A DNA stretch of 64,000 nt from Ginglymostoma cirratum (lineage: Eukaryota), in contig JAHRHZ010000084.1 of NCBI GenBank assembly GCA_024137785.1, forward strand, positions 1-64,000. Direction: 5' to 3'. The notes under the pieces were generated by a model. It saw nothing but the letters and a program-made list of their open reading frames with translations, was not told the origin of the DNA and did not search any database. Both the position numbers and the translations under genes were made by a program. Shown here in pieces: positions 61,952-64,000 of the stretch (the first letter of the stretch is position 1; each line of letters begins with the position of its first letter).

Positions 61952-64000
61952 GTGAGAAATGTGATCCTTTATTACTGTTTCTCAGACCCTAGTGTTGTGC
62001 GACATCCCGTGACCTTTTTGAGTCATTTTTAAAGTGTGATAGTGAAAAGTGCCACTGTCCATAGATTTTGCTTTTTTTGGCGAGGTATTTGACAACATGA
62101 CGTGATGTAAATTTGGTGATATAACTTTGAATGCGGACTATAAATTTCGTAGCTGATCCATTTCATTCTCATGGCATGAGTTATCGGCGATGGAACAGTT
62201 ATATTTTGCATTTAGTAGACATCACTTCATTTCACCGCATCCATGGACTACCTGCATCGAGATTTCTGCATGGTTTCTAATGACACATGCAGATGTGCAG
62301 GTCGAAGAATTGTTAGGGGTCAAATTGAAAAAGATTTTAGTTTGATTCAGATGTGATCTCAACTCGATTTACATTTGGGAGGTTGCATAATGTTTACTTT
62401 GGCAGTGTAATCGAAATAACTAGGGCTAATGGCAGGGATGGACCTGGTATGTTGGGGTATAAACTTAGCATGAGTAACAGAGCAGAGAAACTGGAGTCAT
62501 TTCCTTCAGAAAACTAAACGCCTGCAATCACTCATATGAGACTGTAACAAAATCTAAAATACTGGTTGACGAACAGGGTCAAATCAATACAACAAAATGT
62601 CTTTAATTACCCTGTTACTAGCAAGTTCCCAACTTGATACTGCAACCCAGTCCTGGCCACTTGATGAGAAAAATCTTAAGAATGCTTATCGGTTTCGACA
62701 CGTTAAAAAAAACCTCCATAGTTATTGTGATTTCAGCATTTAAAATGGGTAAATGTCAGGAGGTATTAATTACACAATTAAGGGGCCAGACTGTGTACAT
62801 GAAATTTTTATTTATTATTCCATTCCTTTCATTAAAGTCAATCGACCTTTTTGTGTATACTTGTGGTTAATTTTTGCGCCACATCAGAGTAGTCGGCCTG
62901 TGTGCCAAGGCCAACCGAGCTCCTAAAACGAGGTGGGCTCTACCTGCTTTGTGTGTTGGTCACTGTTATCAAAACGATCTAATTTCTCAGCTGTTTCTTT
63001 TAGTTTTGTCTAATTACTTTTCTGTAATTTTCACAAAGCTATTTAATTAAATTTAATAGACACAATGATACTTAGATATACGACACACAAATACACAACA
63101 AACCTGTAGCAATATGCTCACATATATACTCTGAACTTGATTAACATTTGAAAATTATTCAGAATTGATAGTCACGTTAAATTTTATCATCTGTGACAGT
63201 TTGTCAGGCTAAACTTTATCCCGAATAGTGAATCACTATGGAGCGTGCGTTGTACCCTCCATGAGAGAGGATGTCCAACTATTAGCCAGGCTTTTTATTG
63301 TGAATTTGCTTAATTATTTGGAACAATCTTCTCTGCAGGATGCAAGCATGCAACTTATTCTGCACCTTCCAGGCAACGGCAACTGTCACTTTCCTGACAC
63401 GTTGGTCCCTGCATGTGCAGTGGGCGGGTTAATAGTTTGATTGTGCCTTGTTGCAATTCTTGTCAAGCGACGGATATCAGGCAAAACTGCAGGCAAGTCC
63501 TGATAGAACTCTGTTTAGTTGTTTTGTTTGGTCTACTCATTGTGGAATGTTGTAACAGGGACTGTGTAAAATTCAGACTCAGGTCTAGATATTCAGAGCA
63601 ATGCAGATATCATTCAAAATGCTTGGCTTTCCTTGGTCTCAGTGCTCAAAAGCGGGCAATGCTTGACGAGGAACCCTTCAGAATAATATGTCCATATCTC
63701 GATATTAATGTGAACCAAGGCTTTGATCTCTCGAATAAATGCTAATGATAATGTAAATGGCCTATATTAAATACCCTTAATGCTGAAACAGGGAAGAGGT
63801 TCAACCGTGAATGAGAAGGTGTGAAATGTGCACTGCAAAAGGATATATTGGACTTTGGACCAAATCTAATCCATAAGTAGAACCTGATGTTATTTTCTCT
63901 TGGTGTCGAAATTGGTCACTTTAAGCCAATATTGGGGAGCTCTTCATGCGTCAAGGTCATGATAAGTTTTATTGTTGATATGAGTTTTATTCTTCAATAA

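Overview
Vertebrate genomic DNA, almost certainly from an elasmobranch (shark), judging by the HE1/V-SINE, CR1, Tx1 and Penelope-like repeats. The window holds a cluster of four non-rearranging immunoglobulin-superfamily receptor genes, reconstructed here from splice sites and exon phases. Genes A (5443-12575, +) and B (33258-41385, +) are paralogues in a tandem segmental duplication (about 1-13270 vs 30778-42078). Each has the layout leader / V / C1 / TM with one Arg / short cytoplasmic exon / two duplicated tyrosine-motif exons (LTYAAL...VY and LTYLAL/V...VYAAV/M), which resembles a SIRP-alpha tail. Gene C (minus strand, about 47900-51780) is a pseudogene. Gene D (+, from 56478, 3' exons not found) lies head-to-head with C and has a frameshift in its C1 exon. 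The V domains of C and D end in germline-joined, J-like G-strand motifs (GNGTGTKLVV, FNGTGTRLNV), as in NKp30 and SIRP. No functional RSS is visible. The rest is retroelement-rich: a near-intact 5'-truncated CR1 ORF2, several Penelope-like elements with hammerhead-ribozyme cores, an internally deleted class I ERV with a tRNA-Ser PBS, a Tx1 fragment and SINEs. All gene models are manual inferences without transcript evidence.
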